From Octopus vulgaris (taxonomy: Eukaryota), in NCBI GenBank assembly GCA_951406725.2, contig OX597814.1, positions 90,396,001-90,460,000 on the forward strand: a DNA stretch of 64,000 nucleotides. Reading direction: 5' to 3'. The first letter of the stretch is position 1; every line of letters begins with the position of its first letter. Below are positions 1 through 13,339 of this stretch, piece after piece. Position numbers and translations under genes: made by a program. The notes under the pieces were generated by a model. The model ran no database searches, was not told the origin of the DNA, and saw only the letters and a program-made list of their open reading frames with translations.

Positions 1-763
1 AAGATTAATTTCGATGCATCCCATACCGACGATGGCTTCATTGGCTGAAACTTTGAAGGCAATATCTACAATATACTTTACTTGTTTATATATATATATA
101 TATATAAGACTAATAAACATAGTATGACTTATTAATTTAATCAACAGGCTCCAATTTCTCAATTTGTGTTTTATTTTATTTTTCCAAAATATACAAGTAG
201 ATAGAATATATATTTTTTCTTCGCACAAGTCTAACATAAGATAATCTAAATGGTCGAAATTGGTATTATTTCTCGAAAGCACACTATTGATCCTTGTTAG
301 AATAAAGGCGTGAAGTCACATAGAAAATATGTGTGTATATAATGATTATTTCAAGAGATACCTAAATCCAAATTTAGCTCGGGATGAACAGTAGTAAATT
401 ATTCTAAGAAGTATGTACATTGTTTTGTTTCCAACCCACTACATATATGATTCGGGGAATTTAAAAGAAAACAATTCAGTCTATTTTTTTCCGATTGTGT
501 AGACGTTCCTTTTTGGTTTTATTGATCTCTGCTAATGGAAGGTTCTCATAGAGTTATTTTCAGTCGTGACTGCCGAACGGAAAATCGTAAGAAGAAAAGC
601 AAAAAATTCTGAAACCACTTTTCAGATTAACATATGTGATAAAGTGCTAAGTTTAAACCAAAGATTTGCTCAAAACATTTTCTTATTAAAATGATGCTTT
701 GGTAAGTTTCGCTCTTAAAGTGACTACAAATCCATTATCACATCAAGCTTCTGCAATATATTG

Positions 764-1316
764 TATTTTTGAGATAAAATAGGCAACATTTTGGTTGGAT
801 AAAATTTAAAATTAGAATACGAACACGAAAATAGATTTGATAGAAGACTATACTGTGAATAAGAGTGCTTTTCTTTATATCGACACCTTACAATATTAAG
901 TAAAGTATATTACGGATATTTGATATTTTAAAACAGTTTGATTTTATGTTAACTATTCACAGAGATGTTCAAATAATAAAATACAAAATCCCCAATATCG
1001 CACAATGTAAACAAAGTAAGAACATAATAAAGTTAATTTATTTTTGAGATAAAATAGGCAACATTTTGGTTGGATAAAATTTAAAATTAGAATACGAACA
1101 CGAAAATAGATTTGATAGAAGACTATACTGTGAATAAGAGTTCTTTTCTTTATATCGACACCTTACACTATTCAGTAAAGTATATTACGGATATTTGATA
1201 TTTTAAAACAGTTTGATTTTATGTTAACTATTCACAGAGATGTTCAAATAATGAAATACAAAATCCCCAATATCGCACAATGTAAACAAGGTAAGAACGT
1301 AATAAAGTTAATTTAT
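764..1316. repeat. Tandem duplication, 2 x 275 bp
   Basis: TATTTTTGAGATAAAATAGGCAAC starts at both 764 and 1039. I counted about 6 substitutions between the copies. Confidence 0.95.
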
Positions 1317-2025
1317 GTTTTAAGATGATAATTAGGATTACATGCCATAGTTGTACCAAGTATTAACTTCACATATTGCTTAATATTGGAACAGAAAATA
1401 TTGCCGACAACTTGTTTTAGACAAACAATTATAATAGATCTGGAAACACTCAAGTCGATATTATTAGCATAATATTGTGAAATGATTTCAACGCTATAAA
1501 CTCAGATGTACTTTCATGGTATTTGTTAAATACCATTTAACGTTATATTAAAATGATATAATTTCACGTTGGAAACATCTTCACTTCCATAACAATATAA
1601 CAAAAATACAATTTTTATGATCCTCAGATACAAATGCCTGCTATTTCTGAGAGATTAGAAGCCATAATAATAACTAGTCAGTAACTAAACGATAGTTTAT
1701 CATATTTCTGTCTATGGAATATATGATATTACTTTCAACACATTTATTTTACAATATTCACAAATCCTTGATTTCCTACTGATATAGATTGGCTGCATAG
1801 ACTGACATATTAGTGAAATTATAGATTAAAGTGGAGATATATAATGCATTACCAATTATCAATCGTTTATAGTCTTCCGCATTTCAAAAACGCAAGTGTA
1901 CTGCAGTAAGGTTACAGTGTGCGACATACATATAGCTCACATGCGTCCGTGTGCGCACGTAGACTTATAAATACATATGTAAACTTATACATGTAAGTGT
2001 AGCTGTCACTCTATATTGTTATTGT

Positions 2026-2210
2026 GTATATATATATATACATATACATATATATATATATGTATGTATATATATATATATATATATGTACATATATATA
2101 CATGCATATATATATACATATATACATATATATATATATACATGCATATATATATACATATATACATATATATATACATATGCATATATATATATATATA
2201 CATATATATA
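2026..2210. repeat. Interrupted (TA)n microsatellite
   Basis: Direct reading. It explains the YIYI ORFs. Similar tracts recur throughout the window. Confidence 0.95.
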
Positions 2211-3165
2211 ATTATTATTAAGATTATAATTTAGGGTATATAAGAAATACCACCACGCTGGAAACAGCAGCGAAAACTTGACTCTAGAACCACATTAAAA
2301 GTTCATACACCACCAGGAGAGAAGACAAAAAGTCAAAATAAACTAGCAAAAAAATTATTGGATAATTTCCAGATCCCGCATTTCTGGCTCTGCATAAGAA
2401 ATGCTTCAGTTTACTTTGTCTTTGTGTCTTATCTGCTGTTGTTGTATGAACTTTTAACGTGTATTTGATCTAATTCGTTCATTGTGCTTCCTTTGGGCAC
2501 CACAGATTAGAATCTCCGTTTCAGGTTCTCAATCACTTTTAGTCATCCGTAGTGATCTTTTTTCTCTGTCTGTCTTATCTTCAGCATCCCTATGAAATTG
2601 CCCATGCATTCTTTTCTTTATCCAACTATTTTCAGTTTCATTCATTCTAAAGTGCTTGTACAATGCCTTTTCTTTGCCTTCTTCCATCCTACACAAGCCT
2701 GACATTCCTACCCCCAATAATAGCGGTTCTGTGGCATTTGTTACATACCATGCTATGTTGCTTTCGTCTGCTGTGATGCTGTGTTTGCATCCAATCAGCC
2801 CTCTTACCCCTTTTTTCTTGATACATACAGTCTGTCTGTGTCACTTTTTGGGTGGAGTATCCCATATCTAGTCAGCAACTTCCTTGTCTTTCTGTCTCAG
2901 CTGTTTAGATCGTCTATTGTCCATGCGATTATCCCTGCTCCATATCTAAGGAGTGAAAACGCCCAGGTGTTGATAGCATCATTCTTATTCTGTCCGTGTA
3001 ATTACGACTTATGAATCAGTCTCAATCTGCGCAAATACTCCACCTTAAATTTTTCTGTCATTCCTTTCCCCATCAATTTATGCATTTCCAATATCCCAAG
3101 TTCTTATAGCCTGACTCTACTATTTACTATCCGACCGTATCGCTAGCCCGTCCATACATTTGATT
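2210..3165 (-). mobile_element. R4/Dong-type non-LTR retrotransposon, 3' part (RT thumb region and 3' end), decayed
   Basis: The minus strand reads LGILE...EYLRRLRLI...AINTWAFSLLRYGAGII.W...DRKTRKLLT.YG.LHPKSDTDRLYVSRKKG.RGL and then KRMHGQF. It ends in a short (TAA)n next to the TA tract. Confidence 0.8.
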
Positions 3166-4055
3166 TTAGGAACTGAAACAACGCTTCGTTGCAAATAAAG
3201 TAAAGGTGGTAAGATTCGACCAAAGACTGAAGGGTTATCAGCAGAATAGGTTATTCAGAGTAGATCAGAAGAAATTCTACAAAAGAAATAGGTCGAGAGT
3301 GTATAGATGATATGTTGATAACAGCTAACATTGAAAGTCAAAGGTTATGGGGTGATATCTGGACAAAGATAAGGAGCACAATAAGGAAGCTGAATGGTTG
3401 CAAGAACTGAAACAAACAGTATTCTGTCCAAAAGAAGTAGAAGTAGTCATTTCAGTTTGGGAAGTGATGGAACTCAGTAAAAAAAAAGGGGTAGTGGAAG
3501 GTCCCCGAACCAGATGGAGTTCAAGGCTGCTGGATCAAAAGACATAGTGAGAGTCATTCACGAATTGCTGCACAACTCAACACCTTAGTCTGATTGAATA
3601 ACATCGAAAAAGCAATACAGTAGACAATTACATAAAGATATTCTGCTTGCCACTGATGTGGAAATTATTGACTGGAATAGTTACAGAGTCAATATACGGA
3701 CATCTGGAAAAAATGGAGTCCCGCCGCATGAGCAGAATGGTTGCAAGTGTACGTGCACACGTACTAAGGATCAACTCCTGGTAGACAAAACTATACATAC
3801 AGACTGGAAGAGGATTAAAACTAACTTAGCCATGTCATGGATCGATTATCGTAATGCGTAAGATATGATACCACATTCTTGGATTAACGAATGTATGAAC
3901 CTATTTGGTATTGCATCGAATGTTGAGCTATTGCTTGGAAAAAGTATGGCGAATTGAAGGACAGAACCGACATCATATGGAAGACGTTAAGGGACAAAAG
4001 AAATCAGGAGAAGCATCTTCCAAGGAGACTGCCAGTCCCCACTGATCTTTGTATT
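3166..4055 (+). mobile_element. R4/Dong-type non-LTR retrotransposon, inverted 5' part (N-terminal RT domains), decayed
   Basis: The plus strand reads [43 protein letters not shown]...[27 protein letters not shown] and IFQGDCQSPLIFV, with stops and frameshifts. Confidence 0.85.
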
Positions 4056-4483
4056 CAAACAATGATACTATCTGTAATTCTTACATCCTCAGATCTTACT
4101 CTAAACTAATAATATATTTGAGATAAACCTAAATATGTGATTCACCCATCAACAGAGGACCGATATTATCAGTTATTCTAACATTAATAAGCACACACAT
4201 TGTATGAGGACCATCAATACATAATATCTTAAGAGGTACTTTTAACGGTTACGTTAACCATTTAGTAATTGATATTTACGAATTTCGAGGATGAATGCTC
4301 CACATTTTTTTGTCTGATTTGTGCTATTTTATCTGAAATATCATGTAAATATGTTTATTCCTTGTAAAGTATTTTTAGAGCTGCATAATTTCCATTGTTT
4401 GTATATGCAAACATTCTGAATCTCGGTACTTGCTATACTAAACCGTAATTACATATCTATCTATCTATCTAAGTTTGTGCATA

Positions 4484-4583
<100 letters not shown>

Positions 4584-5204
4584 TAATTTGTTAATGTCTA
4601 CAATAATAGAATGAATGAATGAATGAGTGAATGAATAAACAGATAATCCTATATCCATCTTAAGAAAATTTCTGGCAGTGTCTTTAATCATTTGGAGACT
4701 ATAAATAATACCAAATTATAATCAAGTTGTTTTGAAGTAAATCATTCCATTTTATGCATTATAACACTGAGGGCAGTCAACTTCGCATTTTTTTAATTTC
4801 TCTTCTTCTCTACTTTTATAATAATATTTCGTCTGCCTAGCCTTACAAAAAAATTTTAATGATATTTTCTTGAGGCAAAAGGTAATTAAATATTTTTTGA
4901 TAAGCCTTACAGCTTGTTACAAGTTATATTTTATTCATTGTTTTTCAGTGGAATCCAAATATGTTGTGCTCATTTATTTGTATCAATAATTCTTAAAATA
5001 TTATTTAAACTCTTTAATTAATTTTAGTTTCCAGAAGTGTATATATTCATATAAATTTGTGAAATTTTGGTATTGAAAAATAGCTTATGAATAACAGCTG
5101 ATTTACAGTAATTACACTTTGACAAATACGTGTGATTTAGCTGTCCAAATTAGCACGGATGAAACAGAAAAGGCTTTCATTAAGATTCCTATCAAAGGTA
5201 CAAG

Positions 5205-5390
5205 TTAGCATATCAAGGGGAAGCAGAACAACCGATTACACACATGAGTGGTTTTAACTGATAAGGGTTTTATTGATCCTAGAAACATGAAAGACACATT
5301 CTGCCTTTCGGGATTTAAAGTTAGAAAGTAAACGGAAATAGCTAGCCATCGCACCTCAGTGTGCCTGTTATTCTACGGATTATGCTAGTC
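5205..5390 (-). mobile_element. Old, degenerate Nin-domain tRNA-SINE copy
   Basis: CGATTACAC...TTTATTGATCCTAGAAACATGAAAGAC resembles the cleaner copy at 45924-46153. Confidence 0.5.
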
Positions 5391-7304
5391 TACGATAATA
5401 TTAAATTTGCTGCGGACACAAATGAAGTTTCAGAGTTCAATCGAATAGCGCATTGTTAATTGCATTCATGCCAAGAGTTTTGCCCAACACTTATTCGTAA
5501 ACTTTGAACCAGTTAATTTTTACCGCTCGTTGGGTACCTTTTATTCATTCGTCTACAAATTAAGTGGTTGCATCTACATAAAGGATCGACCGTCAATATA
5601 TAGCAGCTAAATATCTTGCAAATTACAATCTAACGTTATAAAATCCCAAAGGTTTATATAATAATTTGGGTCTAGAGAACGAAAAACAGGGATGCTTAAT
5701 TTTGATCGTAGATTTTCTCAGTTAGGGCTACCCTAAGAACATGTTATATTAAGAACAACTTTTAACATTCTTGGATTCCGCTGATGCATGTAACACAATC
5801 AGTAGTTAAATATTTCCTTTTATATATTATTCACAAATAAGGCTATTCTTATTATTTATATAGTGGACGATAATTCTAAAGCATTATGTATACTAAGAGT
5901 TAGTATTCCTCTTGCACTGCAGGAATTTCTCATCATTAGATTTTCACTGGATATAACTTATTTCGGCGAATTTCTGCAATATTCTAAACTACCATTGTTC
6001 CTAAGAAGAATAATGCTTGCCGCCAGGCAATGTCTGGATTATTTTGAACGATATGGAAATCGCACATTTCTGTCTTCCGTTGCTCATACAGTAACTGCAG
6101 CAAACCTGGTTCAGATGTCATCACTCAATCCCAGCAAGAACATGTTTTGTAATATTTACTTTTTTTTCCTTCATTCTCATTTCTATGCTATCGATTTTAC
6201 TCTTCTGTTCATGTTATCATTGATGAAGTGTTCTCTGATTTCCTCTGCAGCATGCAAATCGCATTTGTGACTTTCTACCTATGATCCATACCAATATTTT
6301 AGACGTTAGACTAAAATATTGGTATTTTAATGTGGTCATTCCCTCTTGCTTTTACGAATCACCATCAACTCCATGATTAGAACATATTTATAGTCAGACA
6401 AAGGTGTTTCCTTTAATCATATCTAGTTCTTGTTTTTTTTTTTTTTTGTTCCTTTTATGGAACTTTGATAATGGCAACTGTGTGCAGCGTGGAGTGAATT
6501 CATTCAAATCGTATTCATGATGTAGCTCAAACAATGTTCATACTGTCAATCTAAATCTACTATTCCTCTGAGCAACCAAATAAGTTTGAAATGACGTATT
6601 ATTGTGTCACGCAAGAACCATGTAAATTTTGACAAAGTTTAATCTTATTTTTGTTTATTAGGAGTAACAAATGAAACTGTGCACATGTAGTATTGGCAAT
6701 ATAGCTGCATTAATATTTATTTTCGTTCTGCCATTAGTTGTAGTATATTGATATACACTACCGATTTTGCCAAACAATTACATCTTGTGACTATTTTTTC
6801 CGATATCAGAAGTTGCATGACTGTATGTGATTAGATTTTTTCCCCAGTTATTTTCAGTTGATTAACAAACCTTAACACAACTCCAATGTAATGTTATTGC
6901 TCACCGAAAGATTGTAATACATATATAGATACATATAGATATTTTGTATCCAAAATACGAAACTCAGAGGGAATAAATCGCACTAAAAGCTTGGCACAGA
7001 GTACTGACAATTTTATGACATCCTACTTTATTAGACTACATTCAAGCAATTCAAGAAAAAGAGATCTTACGCAGTATCTACAGCATAGAATATAAAATAC
7101 ATTGACAGACAACAAATATTTTATGCATCATTAAGACTAAAGGCAACTGCGAGAGAATGCCTCCTAGGTATTATATTCCCATCAGGTATGATGCAGTGGT
7201 TAGAACAGTTTGGATCTGTATATGACTGGAATACTGGTGGAACTTGAATATTAAAATATTTGCCAAATTAAAGCAAAACTAGCCAGATATTGTTTCGATG
7301 ATGA

Positions 7305-7476
7305 TATCAACAACAGCAATGACAATATCCGCAACATCCCACACACAGACAACAATACCAGCCACAATATCATCCATACTGCCACCAGCATCAGCACTAC
7401 CCACAACAATAACAACAGCAACCACAACAACAACAATAACAACAATGAACACAACACAAGCACCACCACCACCACC
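7305..7476. repeat. Degenerate (CAA/ACC)n trinucleotide low-complexity tract
   Basis: Runs of ACAACA and CCACCA. It produces the Thr-rich and Leu/Val-rich ORFs. Confidence 0.85.
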
Positions 7477-7489
7477 TTATAAATTTTAA

Positions 7490-8720
7490 CAGGAAACTAT
7501 ACATGCAGGTCCAATTAGCCATTGGTGTCGGTGTGGCTGGAAATGTAACCGGGATCTTCATGACCTTTTGAGACAGAAAACTTGAAAAATCCTTAACTGA
7601 ACAATCTGCAACTATTTTGCTTTACTGTAGGTATATAGATGACATTAATACTCTAGCTAGGCAAACACTAGTAAGTGTAGAAACCGAGAGGGGCATAATG
7701 GCGAGTATCCAGCACGTAGCTACTCCATCCAAGAAAGTCAAAATATTAAGGTAACTATAGATTACCCATCTAGGCACCCTAACAATAGACTCACTATCAT
7801 TGATACTGAACTTTGGTGAGAGACTGTGTTAGGCAGATTTCAGCTCCACTCCTTCTACGTGAAACTCATGGCTTCTAAATATGTTGTTCATAAGAACTCA
7901 GTTTTATCACACAATATGAAAACCAACATACTGATAGTAGACTTAGGATAATGAACAACGTGTCCCATTATGCGAACACTATGAGACAAAGGAACGTGTA
8001 CAGAACTTATATACCGCATGCAATACTTTGGATATGACCAGAAAGATAGGGTTCGGGTATACACGGGAACTATAAAGAATTTAGGTAATATTATACGCAA
8101 TGAAACCAGTGGTACCTACCCTAGCTACAGACGTAAAGACTGGGATAGGATACAGAAATTTTGTGATAAAGCAAACAGGGTGAACACGTGGTACAAGTCC
8201 GACAAACATCAAGGAGTGAGGTTTGTAGAGGCCACAGCCCATGGAAAAATAGTTCATAGATTTAGGCAAGCTCTGAAGATCGCTGAAAAGCTAGGGGGCT
8301 TCATAAGATCACAATGATGTAGTAAGTACCCTCTTGAGAATACCACATGCACCAATGATAACTGCATGTTATGAAAGATTAATCCAGGCATTAACTGTAG
8401 ATCTAAAAATGTAGTCTACAGCATAAAGTGCATAGACGGTACCTGTAAAGACAAAACTATGACAAGCAATGGTTAAACATCTAAATGCATTGCGGAGAGA
8501 CTAAATGTGCGTTCGACATAATATGACGACAAAGAAACAGTCATCCATATTCTACCAAAATGCCAAAGACCGACATGGAGGGTCACTGGGATGACTTGAT
8601 GTCCGCATTTCATCCAAGCACCGGGAGGACCCAACACTCAGACAAATGCAGCAGTACGTCTTTATAAATGAAAGATCCCCAGTACTAAATAGGAGATATA
8701 CGTAGAAGGTAATGATCCCC
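7490..8720 (+). mobile_element. Penelope-like element remnant (RT C-terminal half, linker, GIY-YIG), Naiad-like
   Basis: Reads LYCRYIDDIN, FYVKLMASKYVVH, RMQYFGY...R, G.YPSYRRKDW, WYK...V.FVEAT, C-x4-C-x2-(TGA), NCRSKNVVYSIKC and G*TSK...ERL. Clade assignment is by motif recall only. Confidence 0.75.
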
Positions 8721-8831
8721 CAATACCCAGATCTAATACATACAGTTACATATACCCACAGTTTATACTTACAAAATTCGATTAGTTAGTAGGCTGTTAT
8801 GTACACGTATACATACGTACATACATACATA

Positions 8832-8887
<56 letters not shown>

Positions 8888-9078
8888 TAGGTAAATGGAT
8901 ATGTAAGTGAACAGATAAATAAGGAGATGGATAAGTACATAGGTAATACAGATAGACACGCACACAAGCACACATACATACACCATAAAGACTGAAACAT
9001 GACCATATACACACACGTACACTTCACACACGCATATATATATATATACATATAAAAATACAGTGTGCATTGAAACAT

Positions 9079-9447
9079 ATAAGAGATGACCATAATAGGA
9101 CATGTGACTCACTAGAAAGAGCGGTTAAACTCTAAACCACTAATAGTTGTAGTTCTGAAAGGAAAAGAGAAATAAAAACGTTTACCCTATCTTTCCTGGA
9201 CTATGCATAGTTTCGGTACGGCTCGTGCCTATATATTAACCTTGGCTTCCTGCTGAAGATGGCAACACAAATTGTAAAGTAAAATCATTTTAGTTTATAT
9301 ACAAGGATTGCGAAACTATGCATAGCCCAGGAATGATAGGATAAACGTTTTTACTTCTCTTTCCCTTTCAGTATTACAACTATTAGTGGTTTAGAGTTTA
9401 ACTGATCTTTCTAGTGAGTCAGCTATCCTATTGTGGTCATCTCTTAT
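9079..9447. repeat. Inverted repeat, arms 9079-9215 and 9311-9447 (inverted pLTR-like)
   Basis: ATAAGAGATGACCA...TAAACTCTAAACCACTAATAGTTGTA...CTATGCATAGTTTCG is mirrored by CGAAACTATGCATAG...TACAACTATTAGTGGTTTAGAGTTTA...TGGTCATCTCTTAT. Confidence 0.95.
9247..9333 (+). ncRNA. Type-I hammerhead ribozyme motif with mutated cleavage triplet (GCC)
   Basis: TTCCTG-CTGAAGA-T-G-GCAA..TTGTA..TACAA..TTGC-GAAA-CTATGCATAG-CC-CAGGAA. Stem I is TTCCTG/CAGGAA and stem III is palindromic. Confidence 0.75.
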
Positions 9448-9559
9448 TTTTCTGTATTTTTCTATGAATAATATATAGTCTATTGACTATTCTTTCCTTC
9501 TCGCTAGACTACTTGTAGCGGAGAATTTTTCTAAACTTTTTTTGCTACCCTAAGATTTA

Positions 9560-9596
<37 letters not shown>

Positions 9597-9634
9597 TACA
9601 CACACAACCGCATACATACATTACATACATACAT

Positions 9635-12600
9635 GGTGGTTGTTTATTCCTTGTAGAGATTTTAACCACCTCCAGTACCTACACCTCAGTATGATCATAG
9701 CATCTGATGTGGCTTTTTAAACCAGACAATGTTCTAAAAAGACACCCACATAGATTGCACCTCTGATTTGGATCACCAATACCGGCAGATAAGTTCTGCT
9801 CTTTATGGATCTTAACATGTGTTTTGAGGCTGCCGTTGGATTTGCAAACCTTGTGGCATACACAACATTCAAAGGTGTGCACAGACATTTAGTCAGAATA
9901 GTTGGTGGACGTTCATTTTCCATGCGTTCGCATATGAGATTTGAGGCCACCCAAAACCAGGCATGGTGAACGCAAAAAGATCATTGTCATTCACCTTCCC
10001 AATCGTTACATTCTTCTTTAGATCTATTTAGGGTTTTACCTGCGTTATCCCCGCTCTTCAAATGATTTTATTCCACTCCACACCTTTTGTTCGCCATCCA
10101 AGTCAATCCGAAGCAAGGGTTTCTATATCTTCTGGAACCATTCCAAGTGACAACATAGTAGTCCTTACGCCGTCCTTAAACTCTATTTTGGTTTACGCCG
10201 ATAGCGTTTCCCCTCTGCTAGCTCAACATAAAACAGCTGTTTCGGCATGCGTTCATCTGCCATTCGAACAATATGGCCACACCATCTCAACTGGTTCCTC
10301 AAAATCATAGCTTTAATTGAGGTGATGCCTGCAGATGCAAGGACATCTGTGTTTGGAGTAAAAGAACGACATTTAATTTTAAAAATGCGAAGAAGACATA
10401 TTTGGTAGAATTGTTCTAACACTTTAAAATACCTTTCATAAAAAGCCCAAGTTTCACAGAAATATAACAGGGATGGTAAAGCGCCAGCTTTTTTATTCAT
10501 ATTTATCTGTCGCTGGAACCAAACACGTGACTACAAGCCACCAACTGCTTTTGCTTCCCTTTGAATTCACAGCTGTATTTCTGTATCAAGCTTTCCATCA
10601 TTTTGAACAGAGTTACCAAGGTAGACGAACGAATCGACAACCTCAAGTAACTTTGCCTTAACAAACTTTTAGTGGGGTGATAAACATCGCCACACGCAGG
10701 CTGAAGTATTGCAACTGTTTTTTGCAAGTTGATGGTCAAGCCAAGATCATCACAAGCTGAGTCAAATGCATATACAAGAGATTGCAGACCTGTTTCTGAA
10801 TGCCTGAAAATATCACAATCATCAGCATAAAATAGTTCCCAAATGAGTGAAGTAAAAACATTATTTTGAATTTCAGTTTTGGTCAGATTAAAAACATTCC
10901 CTGGTGTTCGATATTTTAAGTAAATATTCTCCTCAGAGTTTTGAAAATCATGTGACAACACAACAGCAAAGTATATTGCAAAGAGGGTGGGTGCATTGCT
11001 TTACTCCATTTTCCACAGCAAAAGATTCAGTGAGCCTACCACCAAAATTAACTCTAGCTTTCATATTTTGATGCAAAGCCTTGGCCATGTTTACAAATTT
11101 TTGTGGGAAACCTATTTTCTTTAGAATTAGCCACAGAGCATTTAGATTAACAGTAACGAATGCTTTGCGCAAATCAACAAAGCAATGGTATAGAGCAAGA
11201 TTCTGTTCAATGCACTTTTCTTGTAATTGTCTGACAGTAAAGATACAATCAGCTGTACCCGTGGAGGGATGAAAACCACACTAAGACTCAGACACTATAT
11301 TTGGAACTATAAAGGTATTTAAACGTTCTCACAAAATGGAGGCAAGTACCTTTCCAACCATAGACAAAAGCGAAATCCGACGAAAATTACCACGCAGATC
11401 CTTCGGCCCCGATTTATACAAGGAGATTAAATTAGCATCAATCCAGTCTTGAGGCACTTTCTCAGTTCTCCAACAGTGACAAATTAATATAGTTAAGAGT
11501 TCAAACATTTTGTCACCCCCATATTTCAAGACTTCTGCACAAATTCCATCGGACCCTGGAAACATTGTTATTCAGCTTATTCACAGCTAAATATATGTCA
11601 TTGAGAGTTGGTTCAAACGCCATCTCTTCTATACCTGGAAGATGTTCAATTTTATCTATCGTCCTCATGTCAACGGATGATGGTCTGTCCAAAGTGCCAA
11701 AAAATGTTCTACCCAATAGAATAGAAGCGGTGTCAGTCAGAAGAAAACGTCCATTTACTGTTCTCACGAGCTATTGAGGAAGATTTTGGGACATTTAACG
11801 CCTTAACATAAGAGTACAAACCCTTGGGATAATTTCTATCAGCTGCTGCTTGTGCCCCTTTTGTTCTATCATTCCACCATTCCTGTATAATTTTGCTTAG
11901 AGCAGTCTGCACTTTCCTTTTCAGTTTTCTGTAAGTTTCGTTTGAGTAGGGATTCAAGGACAGATGAAGAATTATATTGCGTAAATTTTGTTTTTCTAAA
12001 AGTAGATCATGGATTTCTGCTGATCTATCTGAGAACCAATCATTGGATTTATTTGATTTAAATCCCACTGAGGAACTTGCAGCCTGAAATACTTTTGTTT
12101 TGAAATCTTCCCATAGATTATTTGGGTCAAGATTGATACTTTCTAAAGCACTGTGGAATCTTTGCAAGTTGCTTGGTAATTTAAAGTTTGCAACATTTAA
12201 CCTTTTGGGTACCTTAGGACCAGACGGTCGATTTTTAGACATTATCGAAAAATCTATTTTTCCACGCACTAGATGATGGGCAGCCCAGCTCTCTGCCCCT
12301 CTCATGACTCGAACGCTAGAAACGTGCTTTATATCACGTTTCCTGATCAGAATGATCTATGGGATGCCAGTGCTTAGATCTTCGGTGCATCCAAGTGGGT
12401 TTATATTTATTTTTTCTGCTTAAACAGAGTGTTGGTGACAACCAGATTATTCTCAGTACAAGACACCAAAAGAGCTACTCCATTTTTATTGCATTTTCCA
12501 ATCCATTGTCGACCTAAAGCAGGCCATGAAACATAGCCTTTCCAAGTCTTGCATTGAAATCTCCCAATATGACCAGCTTGTCAGAAATTGGCACTCTCCT

Positions 12601-12850
12601 CAATAATCGTCCTCGATCGTCATAAAACTGTCCTACAGTTTCATCATAATGGGACATTGTTGGTGCATAAATACTGACAACGGTAAGAAACCAACCTTTT
12701 GTCAGTTTAATACAGCATGACATGATCCGTTCAGATATTCTACTTGGAAGCTCTACGATGGAAGATACTAAGGTATTCTTGAGAGCAAATCCAAAAGATA
12801 CTATATCCATAAATAGGTTCATTTACTTGATCCTCACCAGAGGATCAATA
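9635..12850 (-). mobile_element. RTE-clade LINE, near full length, decayed (APE endonuclease, RT, two C-terminal C2H2 fingers)
   Basis: APE: ERIMS...VSIYAPT...FYDD...LVILGDFNARLG. RT: PGSDGICAEVLKYGG, NFRRISLLSMVGKV, ENGVKQ, ELFYADD, LRWCGHIVRMADERMPKQLFY.EL..GKR. Fingers: CCVCHKVCKSNGSLKTHVKIH and CNLCGCLFRTLSGLKSH. Many frameshifts. Confidence 0.95.
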
Positions 12851-13339
12851 TCTGTTTAGTATGGCAGAACACCCAGCTGGGAATGTCTGTCGTATGTAAA
12901 TGTTGCTAATAATATCTACCTGATACATATTGTAGAATGCTAAACAAAGTAATTCCAAACCTTCATAACATTCTATATTATATATTCAATAATGAAACAT
13001 TTGATATAGTTTTCAATTAACATTATAACATTATAAAACAAAAGAAGACTTCATTATTATGTTGTTTTCTATGATTTCTTCCCCAAGTATCACACCTCCC
13101 TAATTAAAACAGTCGTCTCCAACACTTCATTTTCGGTAAAAGCGAAAGGCAAAAAACCCACAAAAAAAAACACGAAATGAAAAAATCAATGTCACTCCAC
13201 TACTGTTATATCAAAATTCTATGTGCGACTATACATATTCTACATATATATTTTTATCTGTTTTAGTCATTAGACTGTGGTAATGCTGGGGTAGGACATG
13301 AATAATTTTAGTCGAACGAATTGAACCCGGTATTTATTG

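Noticed and set aside
5863-6560. 135-aa ORF and possibly coding-like minus strand
   Set aside because: I could not support any motif. It may be a very old LINE fragment but I cannot assign it.
7251-7489. Mucin-like Thr-rich ORF and opposite-strand hydrophobic ORF
   Set aside because: Both come from a degenerate CAA/ACC simple repeat and have no gene context.
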